The notes under the pieces: model-generated
What the model saw: the letters and a program-made list of their open reading frames with translations, nothing else
The model's database searches: none
What the model was told of the DNA's origin: nothing
From: Chromatiaceae bacterium
GTDB lineage: Bacteria > Pseudomonadota > Gammaproteobacteria > DTRM01
Length of the DNA: 39,446 nt
Reading direction: 5' to 3'
NCBI GenBank assembly: GCA_012965975.1
Contig: DTRM01000031.1
Span: forward strand, 1-39,446
Translations under genes and position numbers: made by a program
Shown: positions 30,112 to 39,446 of the stretch, in pieces
How the letters are laid out: the number at the start of each line of letters is the position of its first letter
How positions within the stretch are numbered: the first letter of the stretch is position 1

Positions 30112-30298
30112 AGGCATCCTCTGCGGTATTTGTAAGTGGCTTAAATTCTCTTGAGCCTAAGTATATGCCCCGGGACTCCGGCTTAGCGTGCTTGTGTGCA
30201 TGTCCGCGATAGGCGGAAAGCCTAATTGGCGCTACCGGCTCCCACCTGAACCACTGGTTCAAGGGCACAAGTCACTACGATACAGGCGGAGGGTGCCT
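30112..30298 (+). ncRNA. ssrS: 6S RNA
   Basis: About 187 nt between zapA and ygfA; closing stem AGGCATCCTCTGC/GCGGAGGGTGCCT; CTTGAGCC and CTGAACC..GGTTCAAG motifs. Confidence 0.92.
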
Positions 30299-30309
30299 CC
30301 TTAATTCCG

Positions 30310-30900
30310 ATGGATTCTCGCGATCAACTTCGCCGTCGAGCACGGCAACAACGGCAATCCTTGTCACCGGCGGAAAACGCTCGTCTTTCATCACTGGCCT
30401 GTTCTATTTTTTGCAATCACCCGTGGTTTCGCAACAGTCATAAAATCGCCGCATTTTTTCCAAGCGATGGTGAAATTGACCCGCTTTTACTGGTCGAACG
30501 GGCATGGGCAATGGGCAAGCGTTGTTACTTTCCGGTACTAAAACCCGGCTCTGCCAACGCCCTTTGGTTTCATGAATACCGCCCCGGCGATCGCTTGCTG
30601 ACAAACCGGTTTGGCATCAATGAACCTGATCCACTGAAGCGAACCCGCATCTCACCGATGGCGTTGGATATCGTTCTAACCCCACTGGTGTGTTTTGATG
30701 CATCGGGCACACGCTTGGGAATGGGTGGCGGATACTATGATCGTAGTTTTTCACATTTACGTCGACGCAATCGATGGTTTAAACCAAAAATGATTGGTAT
30801 TGCCTTTGATTCGCAAAAATTAAATCGCATACCAAGTGAAAATTGGGATATTCCACTGGATGCAATCGTTAGCGATAAACAAATGTACATAGCCGACTAA
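30310..30900 (+). CDS. ygfA: 5-formyltetrahydrofolate cyclo-ligase
   Basis: GEID, FGINEP, PLVCFD, RLGMGGGYYDR, WDIPLD. Confidence 0.95.
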   Translation: MDSRDQLRRRARQQRQSLSPAENARLSSLACSIFCNHPWFRNSHKIAAFFPSDGEIDPLLLVERAWAMGKRCYFPVLKPGSANALWFHEYRPGDRLLTNRFGINEPDPLKRTRISPMALDIVLTPLVCFDASGTRLGMGGGYYDRSFSHLRRRNRWFKPKMIGIAFDSQKLNRIPSENWDIPLDAIVSDKQMYIAD

Positions 30901-31393
30901 ATCACACCCAACACCTTGTACTATGATCCTGATTGCAAACTAGGATATACCGATATTTACATCCCCCAAACAAATTCAAACGAATAAATAGAAAAAAATT
31001 AAAAAAAATTTCGCGCTCTATATCGAAGTTTATTTCGCTGCATTACATCGCTTTCACTTTCGTCTATGGCTTACACACTATTTACTTTCAAAGTGCATCA
31101 CACATGAACACTGTTCAAAGCAATCATAAACGTTAGCCGTTTAAGCCAGCAATTACGGGGCAATAAACGTTAACAACATAAACACTCAAGTTAGCCAATA
31201 AAAAAACTTAAGTGTCTTTCTTTGTGACCGACATACTAATCGCAGTGCCCAAGCGAAGCATGTAGTTGGTGTTGTTTTAAAAAAACAATCGGAAGCATTA
31301 CATCCAGCACGTTGTGTTTACTGGTATTTTTTAAAATATTGACTATATTCTTCGGTGGGTAAACGTTTACCTTAAAGTCAGGAGAATTTAACA

Positions 31394-31753
31394 ATGGCTG
31401 TAAAAAAGAAAACGACGAAAAAGAAGGCTGCGAAACGCAAAGTTACTGCGCGTCCAGCTGCCAAAAAGAAAGTAGCGAAGAAGAAGGTAGTACGCAAAGC
31501 GACAAAACGTAAAGTAACGAAGAAAAAGGCAAAGAAGAAGGCCACTAAGAAAAAGGCCACTAAGAAAAAGGTAGCTAAGAAGAAGGCTACCAAGAAGAAA
31601 GCCAAGAAAAAGGCTGCTAAGAAGAAAGCCACCAAGAAAAAGGTAGCTAAGAAGAAAGCTACTAAGAAAAAGGCCAAGAAAAAGGCTAAAAAGAAAGTAG
31701 CGAAGAAGAAAACCGCCAAGAAAAAGGCCAAGAAAAAGGCTAAACGGCGTTAA
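31394..31753 (+). CDS. Histone H1-like Lys/Ala-rich protein
   Basis: AGGAG RBS; 119 aa with 66 Lys and 6 Arg, no acidic residues; KKKA/KKKAT/KKKVA repeats; followed by its own terminator. Confidence 0.85.
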   Translation: MAVKKKTTKKKAAKRKVTARPAAKKKVAKKKVVRKATKRKVTKKKAKKKATKKKATKKKVAKKKATKKKAKKKAAKKKATKKKVAKKKATKKKAKKKAKKKVAKKKTAKKKAKKKAKRR

Positions 31754-31782
31754 ATCGACTTAACTTGTTAAGTTGACAAGAG

Positions 31783-31810
31783 AAAGGCCTGCGAAAGCAG
31801 GCCTTTTTTT
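31783..31810 (+). terminator. Intrinsic terminator after the H1-like gene (possibly bidirectional with ilvA)
   Basis: AAAGGCCTGC-GAAA-GCAGGCCTTTTTTT. Confidence 0.9.
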
Positions 31811-31848
31811 ATGTCCGTGGATGGACGGTAGGTTAAGGATCGCGAAGA

Positions 31849-33378
31849 TCAGACGTGATCATCGGTTCCCGCAAACAATGTATACGCAGGATTGTCTGTT
31901 TCTTCGGAAAATGCATAACCCAACTGGGTCAAAAATGCCTGAAATGCCTTTTTCTCACCCGCATCAATCTGCACACCAACCATTACCCGACCAAACGCCG
32001 CACCGTGATTGCGATAGTGAAACAGGCTGATATTCCATTTCTTGCCCAAACCAGACAAAAACTCCAGCAAGGCACCCGGGCGTTCGGGGAATTCAAAGCG
32101 ATAGACCCTTTCGTTGCTGATCCCCAAGGCGTGACCACCCACCATATAGCGCACGTGTAACTTCGCCATTTCATTCTCGGTCAAATCCACCACGCGGTAA
32201 TCATTTTTAGACAACTTCGCAATCAGTTCCTCACGTTCGAACTCACCACCACGCAACTCAACGCCGGCAAACACGTGCGCCTGATTCGTTCCTGCGAAAC
32301 GATAATTAAATTCGGTGATGCTACGCCGACCGAGAATCCGGCAGAACTCCAGAAAACTGCCAGGACGTTCTGGAATCTCTACCGCCAGCAGAGCCTCTTT
32401 GTGTTCACCGATCTCTGCCCGCTCTGCGACATGCCGCAGACGGTCAAAGTTAATGTTCGCGCCACTTTCGATCGCCACCAGCGACTGTCCCTTGATGGAT
32501 TCGCGGGCAACATAGCGCTTCAACCCCGCCAGCGCCAAGGCGCCCGCAGGCTCCATGATCGCGCGGGTCTCTTCAAAGATATCTTTAATAGCCGCGCAGA
32601 TTTCATCCGTATCCACCAGCACAATCTCATCGACACACTGCCGCGCGATACGGAACGCTTCTTTACCGACTTGCTTGACGGCCACACCGTCGGTAAACAA
32701 TCCAACCTGCTTCAGTGTGACGCGTCGTTTCGCCGCCAATGCATCGTGCATCGATGCAGCGTCCACCGGCTCGACACCGATGATTTTGGTTGCGGGATGG
32801 ACGTGTTTTACATACGCTGCGACACCCGCAATCAACCCCCCGCCGCCGACCGGTACAAAAATCGCATCCAGTGACTCACCATGTTGACGTAAAATCTCCA
32901 TGCCAACCGTGCCTTGCCCGGCGATCACCAACGGATCGTCGTACGGGTGCACAAAGGTCAGACCCAGTTCATCTGCCAGTGTCAGTGCGTGCGTGTAGGC
33001 GTCGTCATAGGAATCACCATGCAACACCACCTTGGCACCCATCGACTTGACTGATCGTGTTTTGATATCCGGCGTGGTTTTCGGCATCACGATCAAGGCC
33101 TTGATCCCAAGACGTGATGCCGACTGGGCTACACCTTGAGCATGGTTGCCCGCCGATGCGGCGATGACACCCTGGTCGCGCTCAGACTGATCGAGGCTCG
33201 ACATCTTGTTGTAGGCACCGCGACACTTAAACGAATGCACCGGTTGCAGGTCTTCGCGTTTGAGCAGTACCGTGTTCCCCAGCCGTGCAGATAAACCGGG
33301 CGCAAAATCCAGCGGGGTTTCACGCGCGACGTCATATACCTTGGCACGCAGAATTTTCTCGACATATTTAGCTGGCAT
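31849..33378 (-). CDS. ilvA: Biosynthetic threonine ammonia-lyase
   Basis: KREDLQPVHSFKCRGAYN, SAGNHAQG, VGGGGL, two C-terminal regulatory domains (PERPG), FHYRNHG. Confidence 0.97.
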   Translation of the reverse strand: MPAKYVEKILRAKVYDVARETPLDFAPGLSARLGNTVLLKREDLQPVHSFKCRGAYNKMSSLDQSERDQGVIAASAGNHAQGVAQSASRLGIKALIVMPKTTPDIKTRSVKSMGAKVVLHGDSYDDAYTHALTLADELGLTFVHPYDDPLVIAGQGTVGMEILRQHGESLDAIFVPVGGGGLIAGVAAYVKHVHPATKIIGVEPVDAASMHDALAAKRRVTLKQVGLFTDGVAVKQVGKEAFRIARQCVDEIVLVDTDEICAAIKDIFEETRAIMEPAGALALAGLKRYVARESIKGQSLVAIESGANINFDRLRHVAERAEIGEHKEALLAVEIPERPGSFLEFCRILGRRSITEFNYRFAGTNQAHVFAGVELRGGEFEREELIAKLSKNDYRVVDLTENEMAKLHVRYMVGGHALGISNERVYRFEFPERPGALLEFLSGLGKKWNISLFHYRNHGAAFGRVMVGVQIDAGEKKAFQAFLTQLGYAFSEETDNPAYTLFAGTDDHV

Positions 33379-33509
33379 GGCTCAGAACCCGTATCTCTTG
33401 TTTATTTTTCGGCATAAGCGCTAACAATAGAAGAAATACGCCACAAGATACAAGGACTCAATTTCCCTTAAGGCGTAATCTAATTTACCATTGCCGCCGA
33501 TATTGAGGA

Positions 33510-34178
33510 ATGAATACTATGAATGCGGATGACATGAAGCGTGAGGCGGCGCGTGCTGCCCTGGATTACATTGGTGATGGCGGAATTATCGGGGTCGGAA
33601 CGGGATCCACCGTGAATCACTTCATCGACTTGCTGGCCGAGGTCAAACACAAGATTGATGGCACTGTCTCCAGCTCCGAGGCATCAACCGAGCGTCTAAA
33701 GGCGCATGGCATCGAGGTCATGGACCTCAATTCGGTTGCTGGGCTGGAGGTCTATATTGACGGCGCCGATGAATCTAACCGCCAATTGCACCTGATTAAA
33801 GGTGGCGGTGGCGCGCTAACCCGAGAAAAAATCATCGCCGGTGCCAGCAAAAAATTCGTTTGCATTGCCGACGAAAGCAAGCTGGTCGATGTGATGGGCG
33901 AGTTTCCCCTACCCGTCGAAGTGATCCCGATGGCACGCAGCTATATTGCCCGCGAGCTGGTCAAACTCGGCGGCCGTCCGGTCTGGCGGGATGGCTTTGT
34001 GACCGACAACGGCAACTGCATTCTCGATGTCCATGACCTCAAGATCATGGAACCGGTCAAACTGGAAACGCAGTTAAATGCGCTGGCGGGTGTGGTTACT
34101 GTCGGAATCTTTGGCCATCGACCGGCCGACGTGCTGCTATTGGGTAGTCCCAACGGCGTACGGGTGGTTAATCCCTAA
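33510..34178 (+). CDS. rpiA: Ribose-5-phosphate isomerase A
   Basis: [35 protein letters not shown]. Start may be 33519. Confidence 0.97.
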   Translation: MNTMNADDMKREAARAALDYIGDGGIIGVGTGSTVNHFIDLLAEVKHKIDGTVSSSEASTERLKAHGIEVMDLNSVAGLEVYIDGADESNRQLHLIKGGGGALTREKIIAGASKKFVCIADESKLVDVMGEFPLPVEVIPMARSYIARELVKLGGRPVWRDGFVTDNGNCILDVHDLKIMEPVKLETQLNALAGVVTVGIFGHRPADVLLLGSPNGVRVVNP

Positions 34179-34537
34179 ACGGAGAAGGATGCCCCGCAAC
34201 CACAGGTTGATGCGGCATTTGGGTTTTTGATCACGAACTGGGAACCCTGCAAGTCGTCAACGTAGTCGACCTCGGCACCCACTAGATACTGGTAACTCAT
34301 CGCATCGATCACCAGTGTTGCGCCATTGTTCTCGACGCTGACGTCCGTATCGGCCACGTTTTCGTCGAATTCAAAGGCATATTGAAAACCCGAACAACCA
34401 CCACCGCTGATCACCACGCGCAGTTTAAGCTGGTCGTTTTCCTGTTTTGCCATCAATGCCTTGAGCTTGGTCGCAGCCTTGTCCGACAGCGTCAAATCAA
34501 TAGCGACGGTAGTTGGGATAACCGTGGAAATACTCAT
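34175..34537 (-). CDS. erpA: Fe-S cluster insertion protein ErpA
   Basis: GGGCSGFQY and [14 protein letters not shown]; standalone A-type carrier downstream of argC. Confidence 0.92.
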   Translation of the reverse strand: MSISTVIPTTVAIDLTLSDKAATKLKALMAKQENDQLKLRVVISGGGCSGFQYAFEFDENVADTDVSVENNGATLVIDAMSYQYLVGAEVDYVDDLQGSQFVIKNPNAASTCGCGASFSV

Positions 34538-34580
34538 AAACCCGACACTCAAATAACGTAATACTGATAGTAACCATATA

Positions 34581-34605
34581 ATAACCGACTAATATAGTCA
34601 AGAAT
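34581..34605. promoter_or_regulatory. IscR type-1 site overlapping the erpA -35 box
   Basis: ATAACCGACTAATATAGTCAAGAAT fits ATASYYGACTRwwwYAGTCRRSTAT; minus strand reads TTGACT-17 nt-TATGGT; erpA is IscR-regulated in E. coli. Confidence 0.82.
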
Positions 34606-35040
34606 TCAAGAGGCGGCCTGGTCTTCGACAGTGACCGCGTGAATCGCCTCGATATCGGCCTCAAAGCCCAGCATTGGCGGGTCTCCTGGCTCTTGATGCA
34701 GCAGGTTTCCGTTGACCTCGGCGCCAATCGCGATTTCGATCAGAGTGTAGTACACATTGCCGTTAACTCGCGCTTTTGGAGCCAGCTCCAGTCGCCCACC
34801 GACGTGGACATCACCGCTCACCATACCATTCAGAATCAGGTTGGTGACGTGAACTTCACCCTCTACCACCCCGTTTTCACTGATCGTAAGGGTGCTTTCA
34901 ACCCCTTTGCTACTAAGGACATTACCCTTGATACAGCCATCGATATGCAGGCCACCGCAAAAGTGCATATCACCGATAATCTCGACCTCACTGCCGATTA
35001 CCGTGTTGATTTGCGCTGCTTTTCCCTTAATCCCAAACAT
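34606..35040 (-). CDS. Bactofilin (polymer-forming cytoskeletal protein)
   Basis: TVIG...IIGDMHF.GGLHIDG.IKGNV, LELAPKARVNGNV beta-helix repeats. Confidence 0.92.
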   Translation of the reverse strand: MFGIKGKAAQINTVIGSEVEIIGDMHFCGGLHIDGCIKGNVLSSKGVESTLTISENGVVEGEVHVTNLILNGMVSGDVHVGGRLELAPKARVNGNVYYTLIEIAIGAEVNGNLLHQEPGDPPMLGFEADIEAIHAVTVEDQAAS

Positions 35041-35157
35041 ATAATTCTCCGCTCCACGCCTGTTATTTTGGTCAACAGGTCATTTTATGTCGTCTCGTAA
35101 AATTAGTCGGCACCAGCAAAACCCATCTTAAGGAACCTTGGGTTAATAATACACCGA

Positions 35158-35898
35158 CTAGTTTTGTGCGGATGGGGCCAGATTGCGACGCCAGTCGAAT
35201 GAACGGCGCAACGGCGTATCACCCTTGCCGACTCCGGAAACCTCGATTTCCACGGCTTCTGGCACGAATCCCGGGGTTAATCTGACACTTCCTTGCACGA
35301 TCTGAAACGACTTGAACCCCAGTTTATGGCCCTTGTCTGGCTGCTGCGCAAAGGCGGATCGCTCCAACACCGTGGCAACACCATCGTGTGTCCCGCTGAC
35401 CCTGACTCTCATTCTACCGGTGACGCGACGGCTATCGAGCAACTGTACCATCGCGATCCGATAGGTAAAGTGACGTGTCTCCAGATCCACCGGGTTCAAT
35501 TTCAGACTCTGGATGTTGACGCCCCGGGCACGATCTTCCGGCGACACAATGTTGCGGTAAAACGCCAACTCTTCCTTTATATGGGCCACTTCATCCTGTG
35601 ATGCCAACACCCGCTGCCGCACCACCTCCGCGGCGACACCATCGACCTGACCGGAACGATGAATACGCGACAATTCCTTTTTCAGCTGGGCGCGCTCCGA
35701 CTCCAGAGCGGCGATGGTATTTTGCAGGTCCCGTTGCTGCTTGACCGCCTCCGCCGAGTCAAAGCCACCCCGCTCCCGACCATAATCAAACACAAACCAA
35801 AGCAGCGTGGCCACAACCACCGCGACCACGCCGATCATTACCCAGGGCAACCTCTGGTTCTGCACCACAACGACCCGCGGAGAACGAAACGAAAACAT
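35158..35898 (-). CDS. Membrane-anchored coiled-coil protein (DUF6776-like)
   Basis: N-terminal TM, coiled coil ending EELAFYRNIVSP, FKSFQ...G...PGFVPE; between argC and bactofilin. Confidence 0.75.
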   Translation of the reverse strand: MFSFRSPRVVVVQNQRLPWVMIGVVAVVVATLLWFVFDYGRERGGFDSAEAVKQQRDLQNTIAALESERAQLKKELSRIHRSGQVDGVAAEVVRQRVLASQDEVAHIKEELAFYRNIVSPEDRARGVNIQSLKLNPVDLETRHFTYRIAMVQLLDSRRVTGRMRVRVSGTHDGVATVLERSAFAQQPDKGHKLGFKSFQIVQGSVRLTPGFVPEAVEIEVSGVGKGDTPLRRSFDWRRNLAPSAQN

Positions 35899-35919
35899 AG
35901 CGACCAGTTGAACGCTTGG

Positions 35920-36954
35920 CTAAGGTGACAGCGCTGGCATATCGAGGCCTGTCACCTCATCCAGACCAAACATGATATTCATGTTCTGCACGGCCTGACC
36001 AGCCGCGCCCTTAACCAGATTATCGATCACCGACAGCACGACCACCACGTCATCATCCTGCGGACGATGCACGCTCAAGCGACACTGATTCGAGCCTTTG
36101 ACACTGCGGGTCTCGGGATGAGAGCCCGCTGGTAACACATCAACAAACGGCTCGTCCTGATAACGTTGCTCGAATATCCCCTGCAAATCCACATCACCGC
36201 CGACCAATGTCGAGTACAGCGTTGCGTGTATCCCCCTGATCATTGGCGTCAGATGCGGCACAAAGGTCAGACCCGTCACCTGACCGGTTGCGGCCTGCAA
36301 GCCCTGCCGTATCTCGGGCAAATGACGATGCCCCGAGACGCCATAGGCCTTAAAGCTATCCGCCACTTCGCTGTAGAGCGCGGCAACATTGGCACCACGA
36401 CCGGCGCCACTGACACCGGACTTGCAGTCGGCAATCAAATGCTCGGCATACACCAACCCCTCTTCCAGCAACGGCAGAAAACCCAATTGCACCGCGGTCG
36501 GGTAACAACCGGGATTGGCCACCAACGTGGCTCCGGCAATACGTTCGCGATTCACCTCGGGCAGGCCGTACACGGCCTCGGTCAATAACTCGGGACAAGC
36601 ATGATCAACGCCATACCACTGTTTCCAATCGGCTTCCTGGGTCAAGCGAAAATCCGCTGCCAAATCGATAACCCTCGCATCGCGTTTCAGCAGGTCGCGC
36701 GCCATGGTCATCGCTGTGCCATTGGGCGTCGCAAAAAACACCACATCACACTCACCCAATGCCGCCGCATCCGGCTCACTGAACGTGAGGTCAACGTGGC
36801 CACGCAGGCTGGTAAATAAATCCGACACCGCCCTGCCCGCCTCGCCACGCGAGGTGATCATGACCAACTCAACCTCTGTGTGTACCGACAACAGGCGCAA
36901 CAGCTCAACGCCGGTATATCCAGTCCCACCCACAACGCCTGCCCGTATCATCAA
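35920..36954 (-). CDS. argC: N-acetyl-gamma-glutamyl-phosphate reductase
   Basis: [41 protein letters not shown]. Confidence 0.97.
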   Translation of the reverse strand: MMIRAGVVGGTGYTGVELLRLLSVHTEVELVMITSRGEAGRAVSDLFTSLRGHVDLTFSEPDAAALGECDVVFFATPNGTAMTMARDLLKRDARVIDLAADFRLTQEADWKQWYGVDHACPELLTEAVYGLPEVNRERIAGATLVANPGCYPTAVQLGFLPLLEEGLVYAEHLIADCKSGVSGAGRGANVAALYSEVADSFKAYGVSGHRHLPEIRQGLQAATGQVTGLTFVPHLTPMIRGIHATLYSTLVGGDVDLQGIFEQRYQDEPFVDVLPAGSHPETRSVKGSNQCRLSVHRPQDDDVVVVLSVIDNLVKGAAGQAVQNMNIMFGLDEVTGLDMPALSP

Positions 36955-37049
36955 CTTATCACCTGAAGATTGTTTGTCTGAATGAAATCATACGACGCAA
37001 ATCACCAAAGCGAAAGCCAAACACTCCAGCAAACGTCTGACATGGCATA

Positions 37050-38804
37050 ATGCCGGCCATGAAACCGGGACCCGAACGCTGGCAACGTACCAACCGCGCC
37101 CTTGAACGCCTGCGCCTACGCGTCGCGGCACCCGATGCATTGCTGCAACTGTCGCTGCTGGGCGTCATCACCGGCTTATTCGCCGGTGTGGTGATCGTGC
37201 TGCTGCGTCTGTTGATCGAAACACTGCAGACCGGCTTTCTGCCTTCCGGGGACACCGAGAACTATGAAGGACTGGCGCCGTGGCTACGATTTTGTCTGCC
37301 GGTTGTGGGTGGCCTGTTAATCGGCCTCGTGTTCAAGCTATTGGCCAAGGATACAAACAGCTCCGGCATCGTCGAACTACTCGAGCGTATGGCCTATCAC
37401 CAAGGCTATATCTCAATGCGTCGAGCCGTCCTGCAATTTTTGGGCGCGGCTATCGCCATTGTCAGCGGTCACTCGGTGGGACGCGAGGGGCCCAGCGTGT
37501 ACCTTGGCGGCGCCACCGGCAGCCTGCTGGGACAAAACCTGTCGCTGCCCAATAATAGTATTCGCACCATGGTGGGCTGTGGCACGGCCGCCGCCATTGC
37601 CGCCTCGTTTAACACTCCACTGGCCGGCGTGATCTTCGCTCTCGAAGTGGTGATGATGGAATACACCGTTGCCAGCTTCATTCCGGTGATGCTGGCGGCC
37701 GTCAGCGCCACCACCATCTCGCACGCCATCTACGGTGCCGACCCCGCGTTCTTTGTCCCCGCGGTTGAACTCGGCTCCCTGCTCGACCTACCCACCATTC
37801 TGGTTTTGGGACTGGTCGCCGGCACCGCCTCCGCCGTGTTTATCAAACTATCCAAGCAGATAACCCATCACTCGAAAGAACTGCCGTACATCGTGCGCAC
37901 CACCCTCGCGGGAATCGCAGTTGGCTTCATCGCGGTGTTCTACCCCGAGGTCATGGGCATCGGCTACGACACCGTGAACGCTACCTTGATCGCCGAATTC
38001 AGCCTCACCGCACTGGCGGGCATCACTCTGGCCAAACTGCTGGCAACCAGTTGCGCCATTGGCTTTGGTATACCGGCGGGTCTGATCGGCCCAACGCTGG
38101 TCATGGGCGCATCCATGGGTGCACTGGTCGGTGGGCTGGCAAAGATCGTATTTCCTGAAATCGAATCGGATACTGGTCTTTACGCGCTACTCGGCATGGG
38201 CGCGATGATGGGTGCCACCCTGCAAGCCCCACTGTCTGCCCTCACCGCCATGCTCGAACTCACCAGCAACCCCTATATCATCATGCCCGGTATGCTGGTC
38301 ATCGTGACCGCCGCCCTGACCAGCAGCCAACTGTTTGGGCAACGCTCGATTTTTCTGAGCCTACTCAATGCCCGTGGACTGGATTACGCGCAAGACCCCG
38401 TCATGCAAGCCCTGCAACGTACCGGTGTGGGTAACGTACTGGATCAACGCTTTGCCGAACTGACACGCCGCTGCCCAGCTGATCAGGCATCGAACGTCCT
38501 GCAATCTGAACCGCACTGGATAGTGATCAACGACGAACAGCACTACCAAGTCATGCCCGCGATTGATCTGGCGCGCCACACTCAAGATAACGACGACCCC
38601 GACATCGACCTTCTCGCGATTCCTGCCGATCGTTTACAGACAGCCACCATCCCACTGCAATCTACCCTACTAGAGGCGCTACAAGCATTAGAGAGCGCCT
38701 CAGCGGAGATATTGATCGTTATCCGATCACGTCAACAACAGCAAGGGCAGATACACGGTGTACTCACCCGCAATCGCATCGAAGAGGCGTACCGACTGGT
38801 GTAG
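37050..38804 (+). CDS. ClC-family chloride channel/antiporter with degenerate C-terminal CBS-like region
   Basis: SSGIV, GREGP (gating Glu), AASFNTPLAGVIFALE, many TM segments. Start may be 37059. Confidence 0.92.
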   Translation: MPAMKPGPERWQRTNRALERLRLRVAAPDALLQLSLLGVITGLFAGVVIVLLRLLIETLQTGFLPSGDTENYEGLAPWLRFCLPVVGGLLIGLVFKLLAKDTNSSGIVELLERMAYHQGYISMRRAVLQFLGAAIAIVSGHSVGREGPSVYLGGATGSLLGQNLSLPNNSIRTMVGCGTAAAIAASFNTPLAGVIFALEVVMMEYTVASFIPVMLAAVSATTISHAIYGADPAFFVPAVELGSLLDLPTILVLGLVAGTASAVFIKLSKQITHHSKELPYIVRTTLAGIAVGFIAVFYPEVMGIGYDTVNATLIAEFSLTALAGITLAKLLATSCAIGFGIPAGLIGPTLVMGASMGALVGGLAKIVFPEIESDTGLYALLGMGAMMGATLQAPLSALTAMLELTSNPYIIMPGMLVIVTAALTSSQLFGQRSIFLSLLNARGLDYAQDPVMQALQRTGVGNVLDQRFAELTRRCPADQASNVLQSEPHWIVINDEQHYQVMPAIDLARHTQDNDDPDIDLLAIPADRLQTATIPLQSTLLEALQALESASAEILIVIRSRQQQQGQIHGVLTRNRIEEAYRLV

Positions 38805-38883
38805 TAACTCAACCATCCGTGATCACGTTAAGCTGTATAGTGCGAATAGCAATGATCGGCTATTAAATGAAGAAGGACGCCCC

Positions 38884-39120
38884 ATGACTAAGCTGAAGAA
38901 CGAGAAAGAATTAGTCAAAAAAGCAATTGCCGACGGAATGGCCTACGGCGTAAAACGAGGTGTCGTTGAATTCGAACCCACCGACTCGGTAAACGACAGA
39001 ATCGAGTACATCTATCGCCTGCTTGTTCACGACAAGGTCATTCAACCGCTGCCAGAACTTCAGATCTCACAAAAATCCATGCGTCATCGACTGGCGATTT
39101 GGGCTTCGAAGCAAAAATGA
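38884..39120 (+). CDS. Small conserved hypothetical protein (DUF5062-like)
   Basis: AAGGA RBS; MTKLKNEKELVKKAI...IYRLLVHDKVIQPL...RHRLAIW resembles DUF5062 from memory. Confidence 0.72.
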   Translation: MTKLKNEKELVKKAIADGMAYGVKRGVVEFEPTDSVNDRIEYIYRLLVHDKVIQPLPELQISQKSMRHRLAIWASKQK

Positions 39121-39334
39121 TTGGTGGTTGATTGATCGAGACCGGTCGCGGGGAGGGATAAACCGTGCAGCCCATGATTCTGCAAATTACTTTTCCCGAA
39201 AAACCACTCGTATTGGAGACGCACATCGACTGGTGTAATCCCCCGCGAGTATTTGGTTCATAATCACACACCAACACTGATTGCTCGTGACATTTATCGC
39301 GACGAGTGTTTTTATACGCCATAAGCGTCCGAGA

Positions 39335-39364
39335 TTAAACACCCCGATAGCGGGGTGTATTTAA
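39335..39364. terminator. Terminator-like hairpin
   Basis: ACACCCCG-ATAG-CGGGGTGT with AT-rich flanks on both sides. Confidence 0.5.
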
Positions 39365-39446
39365 ATAGTTAAGTTTTCCAAGTAGGTAGAAATGCAACAA
39401 TTTGCACGAAGTATAAAAATATTCTTAGCTGATGGGACTCCATCAG

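Noticed and set aside
30933-31136. 67-aa ORF in the AT-rich gap
   Set aside because: TTG start, no RBS, composition reflects A-tracts.
31402-31408. A-AAA-AAG slippery heptamer at the start of the H1-like gene
   Set aside because: Expected by chance in poly-Lys coding sequence; no evident stimulatory hairpin downstream.
31378-31731. 117-aa Phe/Leu/Ala-rich minus-strand ORF that looks like a membrane protein
   Set aside because: Antisense shadow of the Lys repeats; the RBS and terminator support the plus strand.
31500-31745. Tandem DNA repeats as a possible CRISPR or non-coding array
   Set aside because: In-frame coding repeats with no unique spacers and no cas genes.
39038-39322. 94-aa minus-strand ORF with faint resemblance (ICRIMGCTVY) to IS200/RAYT transposases
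   Set aside because: No HUH motif or catalytic Tyr region, overlaps the DUF5062-like gene; too weak to call.

Overview
Core chromosomal segment of a Gammaproteobacterium (mid-50s % GC by eye; the split gcvPA/gcvPB and the ygfB-pepP-ubiH / zapA-6S-ygfA / ilvA-rpiA / argC-erpA order fit this, but I cannot assign a genus). Order: surA(partial)-pdxA-rsmA, an intervening block (Gfo/Idh/MocA dehydrogenase + DegT aminotransferase, pgl, small membrane protein, secreted ankyrin protein), apaG-apaH, rlmI-lgt-thyA-folA-cupin-2OG oxygenase, YyaL-like protein, minimal SET protein, DoxX, a probable methyltransferase remnant, a glycine-riboswitch-led gcvT-gcvH-gcvPA-tpx-gcvPB-dgkA-PfkB kinase cluster, REP-like palindromes, Fur-boxed Fe3+ ABC genes, ygfB-pepP-ubiH-ubiI (ubiI frameshifted), zapA-6S RNA-ygfA, a 55%-Lys histone-H1-like gene, ilvA, rpiA, argC-DUF6776-bactofilin-erpA (IscR box), a ClC transporter and a DUF5062-like gene. 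I see no CRISPR array, prophage, intact transposase, tRNA or rRNA, and no clear-cut new multi-gene system. The best leads are hypotheses: tpx embedded in the glycine cleavage operon, the H1-like gene whose promoter resembles the erpA IscR box, a doubly damaged ubiI, and a GnnA/GnnB-like pair away from lpx genes. All family assignments are from motif recognition and memory, not database searches.
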